The position numbers were made by a program, and so were the translations under genes. Shown piece by piece: positions 20,359 to 31,124 of a stretch of DNA of 64,000 nucleotides (the first letter of the stretch is position 1; the number at the start of each line of letters is the position of its first letter). The stretch lies in NCBI GenBank assembly GCA_965223705.1, contig OZ245015.1:128001-192000 (forward strand), given 5' to 3'. Origin of the DNA: Myxococcota bacterium. GTDB lineage: Bacteria; Myxococcota_A; UBA9160; UBA6930. The notes below the pieces were generated by a model, which saw only the letters and a program-made list of their open reading frames with translations, searched no databases and had not been told where the DNA came from.

Positions 20359-20802
20359 CTAGTTCGACGATTCTAGGACCGTCCGCCGCATCAGGACAGC
20401 CGAGAGCGAACACAAGTTCGAGAACTCATCGGAAGAAGCGATCTCCGGCGGTGCTTCAGCTCGAGGGACCGCGGCAAAGTTGCGCTGGGTAAAGAAGCGC
20501 TCTGCCGTCTCCGTGAGCAGATAGAGCTCTCGGATGTCGCTTTCCGCGGCCTCTCGTTCGAGCCGATCGCACATGGCAGCCGCCAATCCGCGGCGCCGGT
20601 ACGCGGGTTTCACAGCGAGCGATCGGAGCAGCGCATGCGGACGGCGAATCTCGAGCCCGCCGACCCCTACAATCGATCCATCCGACTCGGACACGACGAA
20701 AGATCCGAGGTTTTCGGAGACTCCCTCGAGCGGCAAGTCCGCTTCGCTGAGAATCGCGAGCACCTCCGGGAGATCCGCTTGTCTCGCTCTTCGCAACGTC
20801 AT
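20359..20802 (-). CDS. GNAT acetyltransferase (ArsN2-like)
   Basis: ALLRSLAV, LYLLTETAERFF, EFSNLC. Confidence 0.82.
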   Translation of the reverse strand: MTLRRARQADLPEVLAILSEADLPLEGVSENLGSFVVSESDGSIVGVGGLEIRRPHALLRSLAVKPAYRRRGLAAAMCDRLEREAAESDIRELYLLTETAERFFTQRNFAAVPRAEAPPEIASSDEFSNLCSLSAVLMRRTVLESSN

Positions 20803-20949
20803 CTCGAACGCGTTCCCATGTAACCGAAAGCAGACCGTTCGAAGTCTTCGCAAACTTCGCGGCACCGGGAAATGATGCCAGTTTTCCCAGCGAGAGGACA
20901 AAAGTCGCCGCGGACGTTACCCATTACGTCGGCTCAAGTCGGGGGTACC

Positions 20950-21777
20950 ATGGAGTTCGAGGCCATCTACGCGAAACTTGAAGAGGCGCTCATCGCCTGG
21001 GGGCCCAGCGTGGTCGCGGGCCTCGCAATCCTCTTCTTTGGCTGGGTCGGCTCCAAGCTCGCGCGTGCGTTGGCGACACGGCTCATGCGTCGCGGCGGCG
21101 TCAACGAAACCCTGGTGCGCTTCAGCGGAAGCATCTTCTACGGCGCCGCCATGTCCCTCGTGGTCATCGCTGCCCTGGGCAAGTTCGGTGTCAACACCAC
21201 TTCCTTTGCGGCGGTCATCGCGGCCGCGGGCCTGGCCATCGGCCTCGCGTTTCAGGATTCGCTGTCGAACTTCGCTGCGGGGGTGCTGCTGATCGTGTTT
21301 CGCCCCTTTCAAGCCGGCGACTACATCGAAGCGGGCGGCGTCGCGGGCACGGTCCAGGAGATCGAGCTCTTCACCACGGTCTTGAACACGCCCGATAACC
21401 GGCGTGTCATCGTCCCGAACGCGCAAATCGGGAAAGATTCCATCACGAACTACTCCGCGAACGACCTGCGCCGCGTCGATCTCGTCTTCGGCATCAGCTA
21501 CGACGACGACATGCGCGAGGCGAAACGAATTCTCGAAAACCTCATCGCGGGAAACGATCGGGTGCTTTCGGATCCAAAGCCGACCATCGCCGTGTCCGAG
21601 CTAGCGGACAGCAGCGTGAACTTGGTTTGCCGCCCGTGGGTCAAGACGGGGGACTACTGGGCCGTCTTCTTCGAGCTCACCGAAGAGGCGAAACGCGCGT
21701 TCGATGCGGCGGGCCTTTCGATTCCGTTTCCCCAGTCCGATGTCCACCTTCACGCCGTCGGAAGCGATGCCGCCTAG
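20950..21777 (+). CDS. mscS: Small-conductance mechanosensitive channel
   Basis: GLAIGLAFQDSLSNFAAG, RPFQAGD, SIPFPQ. Confidence 0.92.
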   Translation: MEFEAIYAKLEEALIAWGPSVVAGLAILFFGWVGSKLARALATRLMRRGGVNETLVRFSGSIFYGAAMSLVVIAALGKFGVNTTSFAAVIAAAGLAIGLAFQDSLSNFAAGVLLIVFRPFQAGDYIEAGGVAGTVQEIELFTTVLNTPDNRRVIVPNAQIGKDSITNYSANDLRRVDLVFGISYDDDMREAKRILENLIAGNDRVLSDPKPTIAVSELADSSVNLVCRPWVKTGDYWAVFFELTEEAKRAFDAAGLSIPFPQSDVHLHAVGSDAA

Positions 21778-22607
21778 CTCTGCTGCTTTCCCGTCTTCGG
21801 GTCGGGGTCGCTGATCTTGAAGCTCGACTCGAGATCGTAGATCGTCAGGATCTTCTCTCCCCACTCGTGGGGTAGATCTTCGATCGTTCCGGCTTTGGTT
21901 TCCTCTGCAGCAACCTCGAGCGCGCGCAACAAGATCTGACGCTGAAGCGCCCGCTCCCCCGGACGCCCGAAAGGGTTGCCCATCGGATGGTTGACGAATA
22001 GCGAGCGCGGCGGACGCACGCGGGCCGTGATGTCGCGCCCCGTCGAAACGTTTACCGTGACGATTCCATGCTCTTCAACGACTCTCGAAACCAGACCGAC
22101 CGTCTGGTGATCGAGAGGTCACGCAGGAACGAGGACGAAGATATCGACCCCGTCTTTCCGGAGTTCCTGTGCCAGGCGCGGCGCCGCTTCCTCGATGACA
22201 TGGCCGCGCTTGTAGATGCGGCCCATGAAGCCACTCCACAGGCGGTCCGCGACCCGCCCGATCACTCCTTCAGCCGCGAGCTCTCGCAGCCGCTCGATGG
22301 GGAAGATCACGTTCAGGTCTTTCTCGCCGTCACGCGTATCGTAGTAGTCGTCGTTGATCGTGAATTCGCCCGCCCCGGCCTGCGGATCGATCTCGTCGAG
22401 GCGGAAATCGTTCTTCGCGATGGGGTTGAACGGCTCGCGACTCTCGTGCGCGATCCCGCCGCTCGTCAGCAGTGAGACCGTGCACTCAGAAAGGGGTTTG
22501 CGCAGCGGTGTGAGCGGCGCGTCGTCGTACTCCGACCAATCGTAGGGCGGATACCCTTTCGATTGGTAGCGGCCATCAATGAGGTCGATGTAGCGGATGG
22601 GTTTCAT
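21774..22607 (-). CDS. GrdB/PrdB-like reductase selenoprotein B family (TGA 22119-22121 = Sec)
   Basis: LLTSGG, DLNVIFPIERL, SGFMG; track ORFs 22119-22634 and 21774-22019 are in frame across one TGA (VPA-U-PLDHQTVGLV); strong hairpin follows. Confidence 0.85.
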
Positions 22608-22665
22608 CGGGTTCTCCTCGCTGAACGATACCATCCTCGGCCGCCCGCCCGGTAGACTGGAGCGT

Positions 22666-23073
22666 GTGGTGCGCGTACTCGTCCTGCGGCCGGGAGGCCC
22701 GGGCCTTCATGACTTCACCCGAGAGGTGGAGGAGCTCGTTCGGAGCGCCGGCGTGGAAGAGGGCCTGTGCACCCTATTTGTCCGGCATACGTCCGCGAGT
22801 CTGACGATCCAGGAGAACGCGGATTCCGCTGTGCAACGCGACCTCGAGGCGTGGCTGGCACGCCTGGTGCCCGAGAACGACGCCCTCTTCACGCACACGT
22901 CCGAAGGGCCGGACGACATGCCCGCACATATCAAGGCAGCGCTCACGGCGACATCTCTCTCGATCCCCATTTCCGGTGGTCGCCTCGCCCTGGGGACATG
23001 GCAGGGGATCTATCTATGGGAGCACCGCCAGGCGCACGGCAGCCGCGAAGTCGTGGTACACGTCGGCGCGTAG
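22666..23073 (+). CDS. yjbQ: YjbQ (UPF0047) family protein
   Basis: HTSASLTIQENAD, EGPDDMPAHIK, LGTWQGIYLWEHR. Confidence 0.9.
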   Translation: MVRVLVLRPGGPGLHDFTREVEELVRSAGVEEGLCTLFVRHTSASLTIQENADSAVQRDLEAWLARLVPENDALFTHTSEGPDDMPAHIKAALTATSLSIPISGGRLALGTWQGIYLWEHRQAHGSREVVVHVGA

Positions 23074-23085
23074 GGCGGCGGCAGC

Positions 23086-23676
23086 CTAATCGTCCTCGTC
23101 CGTCCGCCGGAACTCTACCCAGAAGAGTCCTCGAAAATCTCCGATGGCGTAGCCCGTGGCCTCGTCCTGGGGATACAGGGCGTGAAGACGATCGCGGACC
23201 CCCGGCGCAACCGCTTCGCCGTGGCACGTGAGGCAAAGAGGCGCCATGTAGATCGGCTCGACGTATCCCATCGAATCCGGCCCGGTGGCTACGACGCGGT
23301 GCTCGATCTCCCCCGGCGAGGCCGCGAGAAACTCATCGAGAAGCGGTGCCATCCACAGCTCGGGGGCGTTCTGCGGGTTGCGAAGTCGTCGGCTGGTGCG
23401 CCCCATGTGAAGGGTCGTGGTTGCAAGAGACGACGCGATCTCGGGTGCTTCTTGCCGACACGCGGTGACAGCTTCCGCCGGACCCTTTTCGAGCCCGGCG
23501 TGGAGCGCTGCCATGAGCTTCTTCTTGAATGGGCCGAGCGCTTCTTGCGCGGCGACAACGACCTCCCCTTCCGCGGCAGGCGCCGCACCTGGCGAGCCCG
23601 CCCCGACGAGAATCGAGACCATCGCGAGTGCGACCAACCACCGACGGCGCTGCGACATCGCTACGTCCAAAGACAA
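23086..23676 (-). CDS. DUF3365 c-type heme protein
   Basis: GRTSRRLRNPQNAP, CLTCHG, YPQDEATGY. Confidence 0.85.
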   Translation of the reverse strand: MSLDVAMSQRRRWLVALAMVSILVGAGSPGAAPAAEGEVVVAAQEALGPFKKKLMAALHAGLEKGPAEAVTACRQEAPEIASSLATTTLHMGRTSRRLRNPQNAPELWMAPLLDEFLAASPGEIEHRVVATGPDSMGYVEPIYMAPLCLTCHGEAVAPGVRDRLHALYPQDEATGYAIGDFRGLFWVEFRRTDEDD

Positions 23677-24068
23677 GCTCGCGCGAGCTCGGTGTCCATG
23701 TACTCAGTGAGCGACGCGATCTGTCCGTCTCGGAATCTCCACACTCGGCAGTATCGATTGTTGTAATCGCGTCCGTCGACGGTTCGAGCTCGACCGTCGG
23801 CCGTTTCGACCACCGTATCGCCTTCGGCGATCATCTGATGGTTCGTCATTTCGATCGCACCGTTTTCGATCTTGGCTCCGAACATCGCCTGGAGCAACTC
23901 AAGGAGCGGCGTCTTTCCGCGAACGGTGTTGCCACCGGGCGGCTGCCCGGCCAGTACGAACTCGAAGTCGTACGTCGCGTCCGCGAGGAATCCGTCGATA
24001 TCGCCGCGCCCGAGCGCAGCCACCGCCTTGCGAACGAGGTCTTTGTTTCCCGCCTCGGGCCTGCTCAA
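23661..24068 (-). CDS. SnoaL/NTF2-like protein
   Basis: IAEGDTVV, YNNRYC, EYMDT. Confidence 0.82.
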   Translation of the reverse strand: MSRPEAGNKDLVRKAVAALGRGDIDGFLADATYDFEFVLAGQPPGGNTVRGKTPLLELLQAMFGAKIENGAIEMTNHQMIAEGDTVVETADGRARTVDGRDYNNRYCRVWRFRDGQIASLTEYMDTELARACLWT

Positions 24069-24526
24069 TTTTTGTCTCCTTTCGCGCGCCTCGATCTCGC
24101 GGTGAGCACGGCGAAGGCCCAACCGGCTTTGCGGTATGGGCCGAGAATTTCGACGACTTTTTGGAGGGGACGCGGGAACGATTTAGGAACCCGAAAGCGT
24201 TTGCCCTCGTGAATCACGAACGCGCGGGCTTCGCGCGCGCGGCCGCCCAACCAAAACCGCACCTTGGGCTCCGCCGCCGCATTGAGAACCCACTTCGATC
24301 GAGCGCCCCGTGCTGTTGCAACCAAGACATACTTTCCGACGCGGGTCGCGACGAGCGGAGTCCGGTACAGGCGCCCCGATTTCCGCCCTTTTGTCTCGAG
24401 CACAATGAGGCCTCCGGGAGCCAACCTCGGCGAACCGATCCCCGCGCGGACCAACGGCTCAATGACGCGATTGAGCGTGCGGAAAAATTCCCGCTCGATT
24501 GAGTTGCGAAGATCCCGTAGCGCCAC
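24065..24526 (-). CDS. Deazaflavin-dependent nitroreductase family protein
   Basis: LETKGRKSG..RTPL, WVLN. Confidence 0.78.
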   Translation of the reverse strand: MALRDLRNSIEREFFRTLNRVIEPLVRAGIGSPRLAPGGLIVLETKGRKSGRLYRTPLVATRVGKYVLVATARGARSKWVLNAAAEPKVRFWLGGRAREARAFVIHEGKRFRVPKSFPRPLQKVVEILGPYRKAGWAFAVLTARSRRAKGDKN

Positions 24527-24838
24527 TCAGCGCTCCATCGGGTCGATGGCGCGGATCCTCGCGACGAAGGCGGCGATCTCACGCTCCGCATAAGACAGGT
24601 ACACGCGCTTGCCCGATGCCGGTCGTTTCGCCAGGGAAAGGCCCGGCCGCCACTCGCTTTTTGGGCGAACAGGGCGGGGCCGGAAGCCGCCGCCGCAGTT
24701 CGGACAAACATTATGCAATTTGTCGTCCACGCACGCCGCGCAGAACGTGCACTCATAGGAGCAGATGCGGGCGTCGCTCGCATCCGGCGGCAGATCCCGA
24801 TCGCAGTATTCGCAATTCGGCCTGAGTTCTAGCGCCAT
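24527..24838 (-). CDS. DUF1272 family protein
   Basis: LELRPNCEYCD...CSYECTFC...CPNCGG. Confidence 0.9.
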   Translation of the reverse strand: MALELRPNCEYCDRDLPPDASDARICSYECTFCAACVDDKLHNVCPNCGGGFRPRPVRPKSEWRPGLSLAKRPASGKRVYLSYAEREIAAFVARIRAIDPMER

Positions 24839-24839
24839 C

Positions 24840-25808
24840 TTACGTGCGCAGACTTGCGAGAAAACGCAGGATCGCTGCGTTGGTTTCGGCGGGTCTCTCC
24901 ATCTGCACCCAGTGGCCGGCCCCTTCGATGATCTCGATGAAGCGCAGATCGTCGAAGAACGGTTCGAAGTGACTGCGCCAATCCGCGTCGATCATGAGAG
25001 CGATGTCCTGCGCGCCCGCGGCAAAGGCGGCGGGGCGCCGAAACCGCTTGCCCTCGAGCTCGGGCGTGCTGGCGTTGTTGGTCGGGATGTTTCGGTACCA
25101 GCTGTTGGGCCCGTGGAAGCCGCTCTTCTCATATTGGGCGACATAGAATTCGAGATCTTTTTGCGTGAGCCAAGGCGGGAGCTTCTCAGGCGGGGGGAAC
25201 ACTTCGCGGAAGCTCGCCGTGGCTGGAGACTCGATCTGCTTCAGGAACGTTCCCGTCGGCGCCTGTGCACCGAGGGCGTAGTAGATCCCCGAGAGTGAGC
25301 CTTCGATATCGGCCTCGAGGTCCGCTTCCGCGAGACCCGGCGTCTGAAACAGCCGCGCGTACCAAAACCCGTCTTCGGGGGGGTCGACGAATGCGGGATT
25401 GAGACGCCAGAAAGGCACGGAGAGCCCCATGATGGCGGTGCAGACATCGTCGTGAAGGAGCGCGGTGTTCCAGGCGGCGATGCAACCCCAGTCGTGCCCG
25501 ATCAGCGTGAACTCGTCGTAGCCGAGCGCCTGCGAGAGCCCGACGACGTCGGCGGCGAGCTCGCGAATGTTGTAGGCCGCGATATCCCGCGGCGCCGTGC
25601 TCCCGCCGTAGCCTCGCTGGTTCGGAACTGCGACACGAAAGCCCGCATTCGCGATGGCATCGATCTGGTGGCGCCAGAGATACCAACACTGTGGCCAGCC
25701 GTGTAGAAGGATGACCAGCGGTCCGTCGCCCTCGACCACCGTTTCGAGGGTGACCCCGTTCGTTTCAATTCGCTGAAGTTCCCGCGGCTTCGCCGACACG
25801 TTGTCCAT
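24840..25808 (-). CDS. Epoxide hydrolase (alpha/beta fold)
   Basis: LLHGWP, GHDWG, GAGHWVQME. Confidence 0.88.
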   Translation of the reverse strand: MDNVSAKPRELQRIETNGVTLETVVEGDGPLVILLHGWPQCWYLWRHQIDAIANAGFRVAVPNQRGYGGSTAPRDIAAYNIRELAADVVGLSQALGYDEFTLIGHDWGCIAAWNTALLHDDVCTAIMGLSVPFWRLNPAFVDPPEDGFWYARLFQTPGLAEADLEADIEGSLSGIYYALGAQAPTGTFLKQIESPATASFREVFPPPEKLPPWLTQKDLEFYVAQYEKSGFHGPNSWYRNIPTNNASTPELEGKRFRRPAAFAAGAQDIALMIDADWRSHFEPFFDDLRFIEIIEGAGHWVQMERPAETNAAILRFLASLRT

Positions 25809-25850
25809 GCCTCCCATGATAGGCTGAATCGCAGAAACGAGGAGCACCGG

Positions 25851-27143
25851 ATGAACCACACGACCGATTTCAACGCGATGCTCCGCGCGATGCGCGGGGT
25901 CGACGGAACGGCTTTCGAGGTGCGCGCAGAAGCGGCGCCCTACGCGGAGTTCGAGGCGTCCGAGTACGCGACGCGCTACGCGCGCGCCGTGCGGTTGATG
26001 GAAGAGCGCGAGATCGACGCCTTGCTCCTCACCCATGAGCTCAACGTTCGGTATTTCTCGGGCTACCTGACGATTCTGTGGGAATCCCGCTTCCGTTCGC
26101 TGATGTTGCTTCTGCCGCGCGATCCGTCCTTGGGGCCGACACTGATCGTCCCCGGGCAGGAGACGGGAAACGCCGTAGGAACGTCTTGGGTTCCGGATCG
26201 CGTGATCTACCCGGATCAGGAGAACCCGATCCCGTTCGCGGTGGGTGCGCTCCGGGACAAGGGGTTGGCCAATGCCCGTGTCGGCATGGAACTCGGCTTC
26301 GGGCAGCGTCTGGGAATGACGCAGGAAGACTTCGATGCGCTGCGCAACGGCCTTCCGGAAGCGACGATTGAGAGCGCCACTGAGTTAATCCAAGCGGTTC
26401 GGATGCTGAAGTCTCCCGCCGAGGTCGAGCGGGTGCGGCGTGCGTGTGAGATCTCCCAAGTTGCGGTTCGCGAGGGGTTCGGTGCACTTCGCGAAGGGAT
26501 GACCGAGAAGGAACTCGGCGCCGTGCTGGGCGCTGCGATGTTTCGCGAAGGGGCGGAGCTGAGCTCGCGCCCGAGCTTTCTCACGGTGTCGAGCTACCCC
26601 GGACGCCCGATGATGGTGAACTCGTTGGCGAGCGACTACGCGATTCAGCGTGGTGACATGGTGATGCTCGACGGAGGAGCGACCCACGGCGGCTACGCCA
26701 CGGATTTCATCCGGCAAGCGTGTCTCGGCGAGCCCACCGACGATCAACGGCGTTGGTTCGACATCTGCATCGAAGCCAACGATGCGTGTATTACCGCGGT
26801 CGGTCCCGGCGCGACCGGCGCCGACGTCTACGAAGCGGGTCTTGCCGTCTTCGAGCGCCACGGGCTGGCAAAGTACAACCTGATCAACATCGTGGGGCAC
26901 GGGACCGGCATGGAAGTGCACGAGCTGCCGTGGCTCGGTGAACGCGATGTGGTCTACAGCTCGGACACGCGTCTCGAACCGGGCATGGTCCTCTGCGTCG
27001 AACCCGTCATCGCCGGGATGGACGGTCCCGAAGCGCGGGCGGGCATCTTTATCGTCGAAGACAAGTTGCTCGTCACAGATACGGGGTGCGAAGTGCTGAC
27101 GCAATCACTCTCAAAGGATCTGTGGGTCCAGCCGACGCACTAG
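25851..27143 (+). CDS. M24 Xaa-Pro peptidase/creatinase family protein
   Basis: RMLKSPAE, GHGTGMEVHE, CVEP, VED. Confidence 0.88.
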   Translation: MNHTTDFNAMLRAMRGVDGTAFEVRAEAAPYAEFEASEYATRYARAVRLMEEREIDALLLTHELNVRYFSGYLTILWESRFRSLMLLLPRDPSLGPTLIVPGQETGNAVGTSWVPDRVIYPDQENPIPFAVGALRDKGLANARVGMELGFGQRLGMTQEDFDALRNGLPEATIESATELIQAVRMLKSPAEVERVRRACEISQVAVREGFGALREGMTEKELGAVLGAAMFREGAELSSRPSFLTVSSYPGRPMMVNSLASDYAIQRGDMVMLDGGATHGGYATDFIRQACLGEPTDDQRRWFDICIEANDACITAVGPGATGADVYEAGLAVFERHGLAKYNLINIVGHGTGMEVHELPWLGERDVVYSSDTRLEPGMVLCVEPVIAGMDGPEARAGIFIVEDKLLVTDTGCEVLTQSLSKDLWVQPTH

Positions 27144-27481
27144 CCGAGCCACACCTTCGCGATCGCACGGTGGGCGAAGAACCCAACCGGCAACGCTGCA
27201 CAGCCAAAAGCATATGCCTGCCAGAAAGATAGGTTCAGCCGATCGGCCAGCAGAAACGGTACGAAAAACATGAGGCTGATCGGAATCGCGACGAAGATGC
27301 TCTGGGCGAGATGAATCGACGCTTCCGCGCTTCCGTGCTCCCGAAACGAGAGCGGAAGAACGAGCATCGTGGCCACCGGCAGCGCGACGAAAAAGCCCGC
27401 AAGGGATGGAAGCCGACCCGAAAGCCACGATGCGAAGCTGATGACCACGGCGGAAACAATCACGTTGAGCACAAAGGTCAC
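27140..27481 (-). CDS. DUF3147-like membrane protein
   Basis: Four TMs, LAGFFVALP. Confidence 0.65.
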   Translation of the reverse strand: MTFVLNVIVSAVVISFASWLSGRLPSLAGFFVALPVATMLVLPLSFREHGSAEASIHLAQSIFVAIPISLMFFVPFLLADRLNLSFWQAYAFGCAALPVGFFAHRAIAKVWLG

Positions 27482-27555
27482 GAAACGGCGCCCCCACGAT
27501 TTCGTAGTAAGGGAAAGATTAACGAACTAAGATCGCGGATCGGAGGGAGCGAACG

Positions 27556-27975
27556 ATGTCCAAGACCATGGAAGCCAACGCCAAAGCCTTCTTCGAAGCG
27601 TGCGAGACGGGGAAAGGTTGGGAGAGCTGCAAGCTCTACTGCCATCCGGACGCCAGCTTTCGTGCTCAGTCCGAGCCGCTACTCGAGGTCAGGTCCCTCG
27701 AGGCTTATGCCGACTGGATGAAGGCGCTCGTGGGCTTCATGCCCGACGCCGGCTACGACCTCAAATCCTGGGCGGTCGACGCCGATCGCCAGAATGTTTC
27801 CGCCTATGCGATCTTCTCCGGAACGCACACCGGAGAAGGGGGACCTTGCCCGCCCACGGGCAAAGAGACAAAGACCGACTACGTGTACGTCATGTTCTTC
27901 GAAGGCGACAAGATCAAGCACATGACGAAGATCTGGCACTCGGGCCTGGCGATGCAGGAGCTCGGCTGGGCCTAG
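27556..27975 (+). CDS. SnoaL-like ester cyclase
   Basis: GTHTGEGGP.PPTGK, KIKHMTKIW. Confidence 0.82.
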   Translation: MSKTMEANAKAFFEACETGKGWESCKLYCHPDASFRAQSEPLLEVRSLEAYADWMKALVGFMPDAGYDLKSWAVDADRQNVSAYAIFSGTHTGEGGPCPPTGKETKTDYVYVMFFEGDKIKHMTKIWHSGLAMQELGWA

Positions 27976-27980
27976 GCAAG

Positions 27981-28820
27981 TCACTCGGCTTCGGGCGACG
28001 GGCGAGCAATTGGCGGCAATAGAATTTGCGCCTGCTGGCAATAAGCGATCTCCACGCCGCCGTCGCCCAAGAACACCGCGTCGCTCGTCGACCACCATTT
28101 CCCCTTGCGTTCAACATTGTCGATCCAATGGCCGGCGAGCGTGATGCTCTCCGGCGCACGCATCGCACGCAGGTGCTGAACGCGACCGGTGGTGTGGATA
28201 CCGGCGGCGAATCGATACGAGTGTCGGATCAGCAACGTCATCTGTCCCGGCACCCACGAGGGATGGACCCAAGGCGTTGCTCCCTCGTGGTAACGAGGAT
28301 GTTCGTCGCCGAGGCGCTCCGAAGCCCAAGCGCGCGCTTCGTCGGCGGATAGCGCGAGCGACATCGGCGGATAGTCGACGTCGACCGGTGCTTGTTCGGG
28401 CATCAGCAACGGCCGGTCCGTCGCAGGGGGAACAGGCTCGCGACGCACGGGCAACTGCCACTCATCATGCCAAGGGCCCTCGCCGAGACCAGCCCGCCCT
28501 TCAGTGGTGACCTTCCCTTGCTCATTGACCTGCGAAAAGGAGCACGCGGCGTCTCCGTCGCGGGTCGCCGTCGTCTCGAGCCGGTCACCGACGAACACGG
28601 GCCGTCGCAACACGAAATCGGCCCACCCTTTGTCGAGCCACCCCTCTCCCAACAAACCGATCAGGGACGCAGCCGCCCACCCGTACGAGGAGAACCCCGC
28701 CACGATCGGTCGCTCGTAACCGTACGCGGCCGAGCCGCCGGGGGCGTGTACCGGGTTCGAGGCCTGGATGTCCGGCGGGTCTTCGATCGCCACCGCTTCA
28801 GTCTTAACGGCTTCGCTCAT
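27981..28820 (-). CDS. Double hotdog-fold (MaoC-like) protein
   Basis: SNPVH...A..YG...VAG, RPVFVGD. Confidence 0.7.
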   Translation of the reverse strand: MSEAVKTEAVAIEDPPDIQASNPVHAPGGSAAYGYERPIVAGFSSYGWAAASLIGLLGEGWLDKGWADFVLRRPVFVGDRLETTATRDGDAACSFSQVNEQGKVTTEGRAGLGEGPWHDEWQLPVRREPVPPATDRPLLMPEQAPVDVDYPPMSLALSADEARAWASERLGDEHPRYHEGATPWVHPSWVPGQMTLLIRHSYRFAAGIHTTGRVQHLRAMRAPESITLAGHWIDNVERKGKWWSTSDAVFLGDGGVEIAYCQQAQILLPPIARPSPEAE

Positions 28821-28890
28821 CGCACTAAGACGCGCACTCGAGTGCCGACATCGGCATGGACTACTCCTCTTTCGCCGCAGCGAGCCCCGA

Positions 28891-29208
28891 CTACGGGTCG
28901 GACGCCCTCTCGGGGCCCTCGTACGGTACAAGCTCCACGCGGGAATTGCCGTGCCAGATGATGAGTGCGAGCAGGACGTAGCTTGCAGCCGCATACGGGA
29001 ACCAGCGGACCCCCTGGAAGTACATGGATACCGTGAAGAAGAGCGAAGCCGCAGCAATCAATAGCGCCCGCAACTGCCGCCTTTTCGTACCCGCATCGAC
29101 CGTGAATGACTTCCCACAACGCGGACACAGCCGGAAAGTCGCGAACATCGAAGGGTGAGGAAGTTTCCTCAGGACGACGGTTTCGCGGCAGTGAGGACAG
29201 CTAAGCAT
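28891..29208 (-). CDS. Zinc-ribbon membrane protein
   Basis: CPHC...CPRC plus two TMs. Confidence 0.6.
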   Translation of the reverse strand: MLSCPHCRETVVLRKLPHPSMFATFRLCPRCGKSFTVDAGTKRRQLRALLIAAASLFFTVSMYFQGVRWFPYAAASYVLLALIIWHGNSRVELVPYEGPERASDP

Positions 29209-29221
29209 TTCCGACGATCAC

Positions 29222-30574
29222 CTAGCGGACATCCCGACGGTTCAAGAAGGCTTCCGTCTCGCGCACCACAACGCCGGCGAGAAGCAGCAAGCCCACGAGG
29301 TTCGGAAGCGCCATCAAGCCGTTCATGAGATCGGAAAAGGTCCAGACGAACTCCAGCGTGTCGATGGCGCCCCAGAACACCGCGCCGACGAACAGCACGC
29401 GGTAGGGGAGCACTGCGCGAGCACCGAACATGTACGCGATACTCCGGCCCCCGTAGTAGCCCCAACCGAGGATGGTCGAGAACGCGAACAAAGGCAGCGC
29501 GAGCGCGATGATCCCCTTCCCGAGTGCGTCGGGGAATGCGCTCGAGAACGCGAGTTGAGTCAGCGCCGCGCCGTTTTCTCCCTCGCTCCAGGCGCCGCTC
29601 GCGATGATCGCCAAACCGGTGAAGGAGCACACGATGATGGTGTCGATGAACGTCTGGGTCATCGACACGAGGCCTTGACTTGCCGGCTCGTGCGTTTGCG
29701 CCGCCGCTGCCGCGATCCCGGCGGAACCCAGACCGGACTCGTTCGAGAAGATCCCACGCGCGACACCGAAGCGAATCGCTTGACTGAGCGCGGCACCGGT
29801 GAAGCCGCCGGTGGCTGCTGTCCCGGTGAAGGCGTCGCTAAAAACGAGCGCAAACGCCGCTGGAATCGCTTCGGCGTGCGCTGCCAACACGACCGTACAC
29901 GCCAGCAAGTAGAACGCGATCATGGCCGGCACGAGGAAGCTGCTGACCTTTCCGATCGATCGAATCCCTCCGAACAGTACAGCCGCTAGCGCGACGACCA
30001 ACGAGAGCCCGGAGACCGCAGGCGGTACGGAGAAGGCGTTCTCGAGCGCCGCTGAGACCGAGTTGGCTTGCACCATATTGCCGATACCGAACGCCGCGAC
30101 CGCGGTGAAGAGCGCGTAGCAAACGGCGAGAGACTTCCCCAGAAAGCGCCAACGCAGACCTCGCTCGAGGAAGTACATCGGGCCGCCCGCTTGATCGCCG
30201 CGTTCATCGACGATGCGGTATTTGACGGACAACACCGCCTCGCTGTACTTCGTCGCCATCCCGACGAGTCCCGTAACCCACATCCAGAACAGCGCTCCCG
30301 GGCCTCCCAACGCGATCGCGGTGGCGACCCCCACGATGTTGCCCGTGCCCACCGTGGCTGCGAGCGCCGTCATCAGCGATTGGAAGTGGCTGACGTCGCC
30401 CTCGGCGCCGGGCTCGCGGCGCGTGATCAAAGCGAGATAGAGCGCCGGACCGAGTTGCGTGAACTGCAAACCGCGGAGCCGTACGGTGAGAACGACGCCC
30501 GTCGCGAGAAGCAAGGGAATGAGAAGCCACGGCCCCCAGACGAAACCGGCAGCGGTCTTCAGAAGCTCTGTCAT
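29222..30574 (-). CDS. Sodium:alanine/glycine symporter (AgcS family)
   Basis: [29 protein letters not shown]. Confidence 0.93.
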   Translation of the reverse strand: MTELLKTAAGFVWGPWLLIPLLLATGVVLTVRLRGLQFTQLGPALYLALITRREPGAEGDVSHFQSLMTALAATVGTGNIVGVATAIALGGPGALFWMWVTGLVGMATKYSEAVLSVKYRIVDERGDQAGGPMYFLERGLRWRFLGKSLAVCYALFTAVAAFGIGNMVQANSVSAALENAFSVPPAVSGLSLVVALAAVLFGGIRSIGKVSSFLVPAMIAFYLLACTVVLAAHAEAIPAAFALVFSDAFTGTAATGGFTGAALSQAIRFGVARGIFSNESGLGSAGIAAAAAQTHEPASQGLVSMTQTFIDTIIVCSFTGLAIIASGAWSEGENGAALTQLAFSSAFPDALGKGIIALALPLFAFSTILGWGYYGGRSIAYMFGARAVLPYRVLFVGAVFWGAIDTLEFVWTFSDLMNGLMALPNLVGLLLLAGVVVRETEAFLNRRDVR

Positions 30575-30648
30575 GTGGGCCCTCCGCCGGGACGGGATCG
30601 AAAGCCTAACGAATGAGCCGCGATCGCTCGGCGAAAGACGGCCACGCG

Positions 30649-31122
30649 CTAGACGCCGACCTCGGACTCGCGAATGGGTGCGCAGCGCGAAGCCAGGGGC
30701 TCGAGCTTCTCACGGAATACCTTCCGTCGGGGGATGCGCGCAATCGCGACGAGGTGTGAACCGCACCGGCAATCCGAGGCTCCGAAGCCGGGAACCTCTT
30801 GCGCCCCAGGGAGCGAGCGTGCGGCTGACGCCCACGCACACTCGAGCCGGCGAGCGTCGGAGGTCGACCAGATGCGGACGAGGGCAGCTGCAAGCCGCAA
30901 GTGGTCGACGTGCCAGTGTGGCCGCCGCAACGGACGGAGGTGATGTCGCAGACGCGCGCGCAAGCCGCCCGGCCCGAAGGCGCTCCCTGTATAGAGATAA
31001 GTCGAAGCCGGAAAGTGGAGGGAGCCGAGGCGCCCGACCCTGACCACTCGGTCGAGCGGAAGCTCCAAGAAGAGAGCGTAGGTTCCCGTGCTCTCGGCGA
31101 CCCGCCGAAGGTCGACACCCAG
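30649..31122 (-). CDS. GIY-YIG nuclease, DUF123 (Uri) family; start uncertain
   Basis: GTY...[34 protein letters not shown]. Confidence 0.8.
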   Translation of the reverse strand: MGVDLRRVAESTGTYALFLELPLDRVVRVGRLGSLHFPASTYLYTGSAFGPGGLRARLRHHLRPLRRPHWHVDHLRLAAALVRIWSTSDARRLECAWASAARSLPGAQEVPGFGASDCRCGSHLVAIARIPRRKVFREKLEPLASRCAPIRESEVGV

Positions 31123-31124
31123 AT

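Noticed and set aside
30649..31122. GIY-YIG gene as a homing endonuclease or intron marker
   Set aside because: Motifs fit stand-alone DUF123, and flanking genes are uninterrupted
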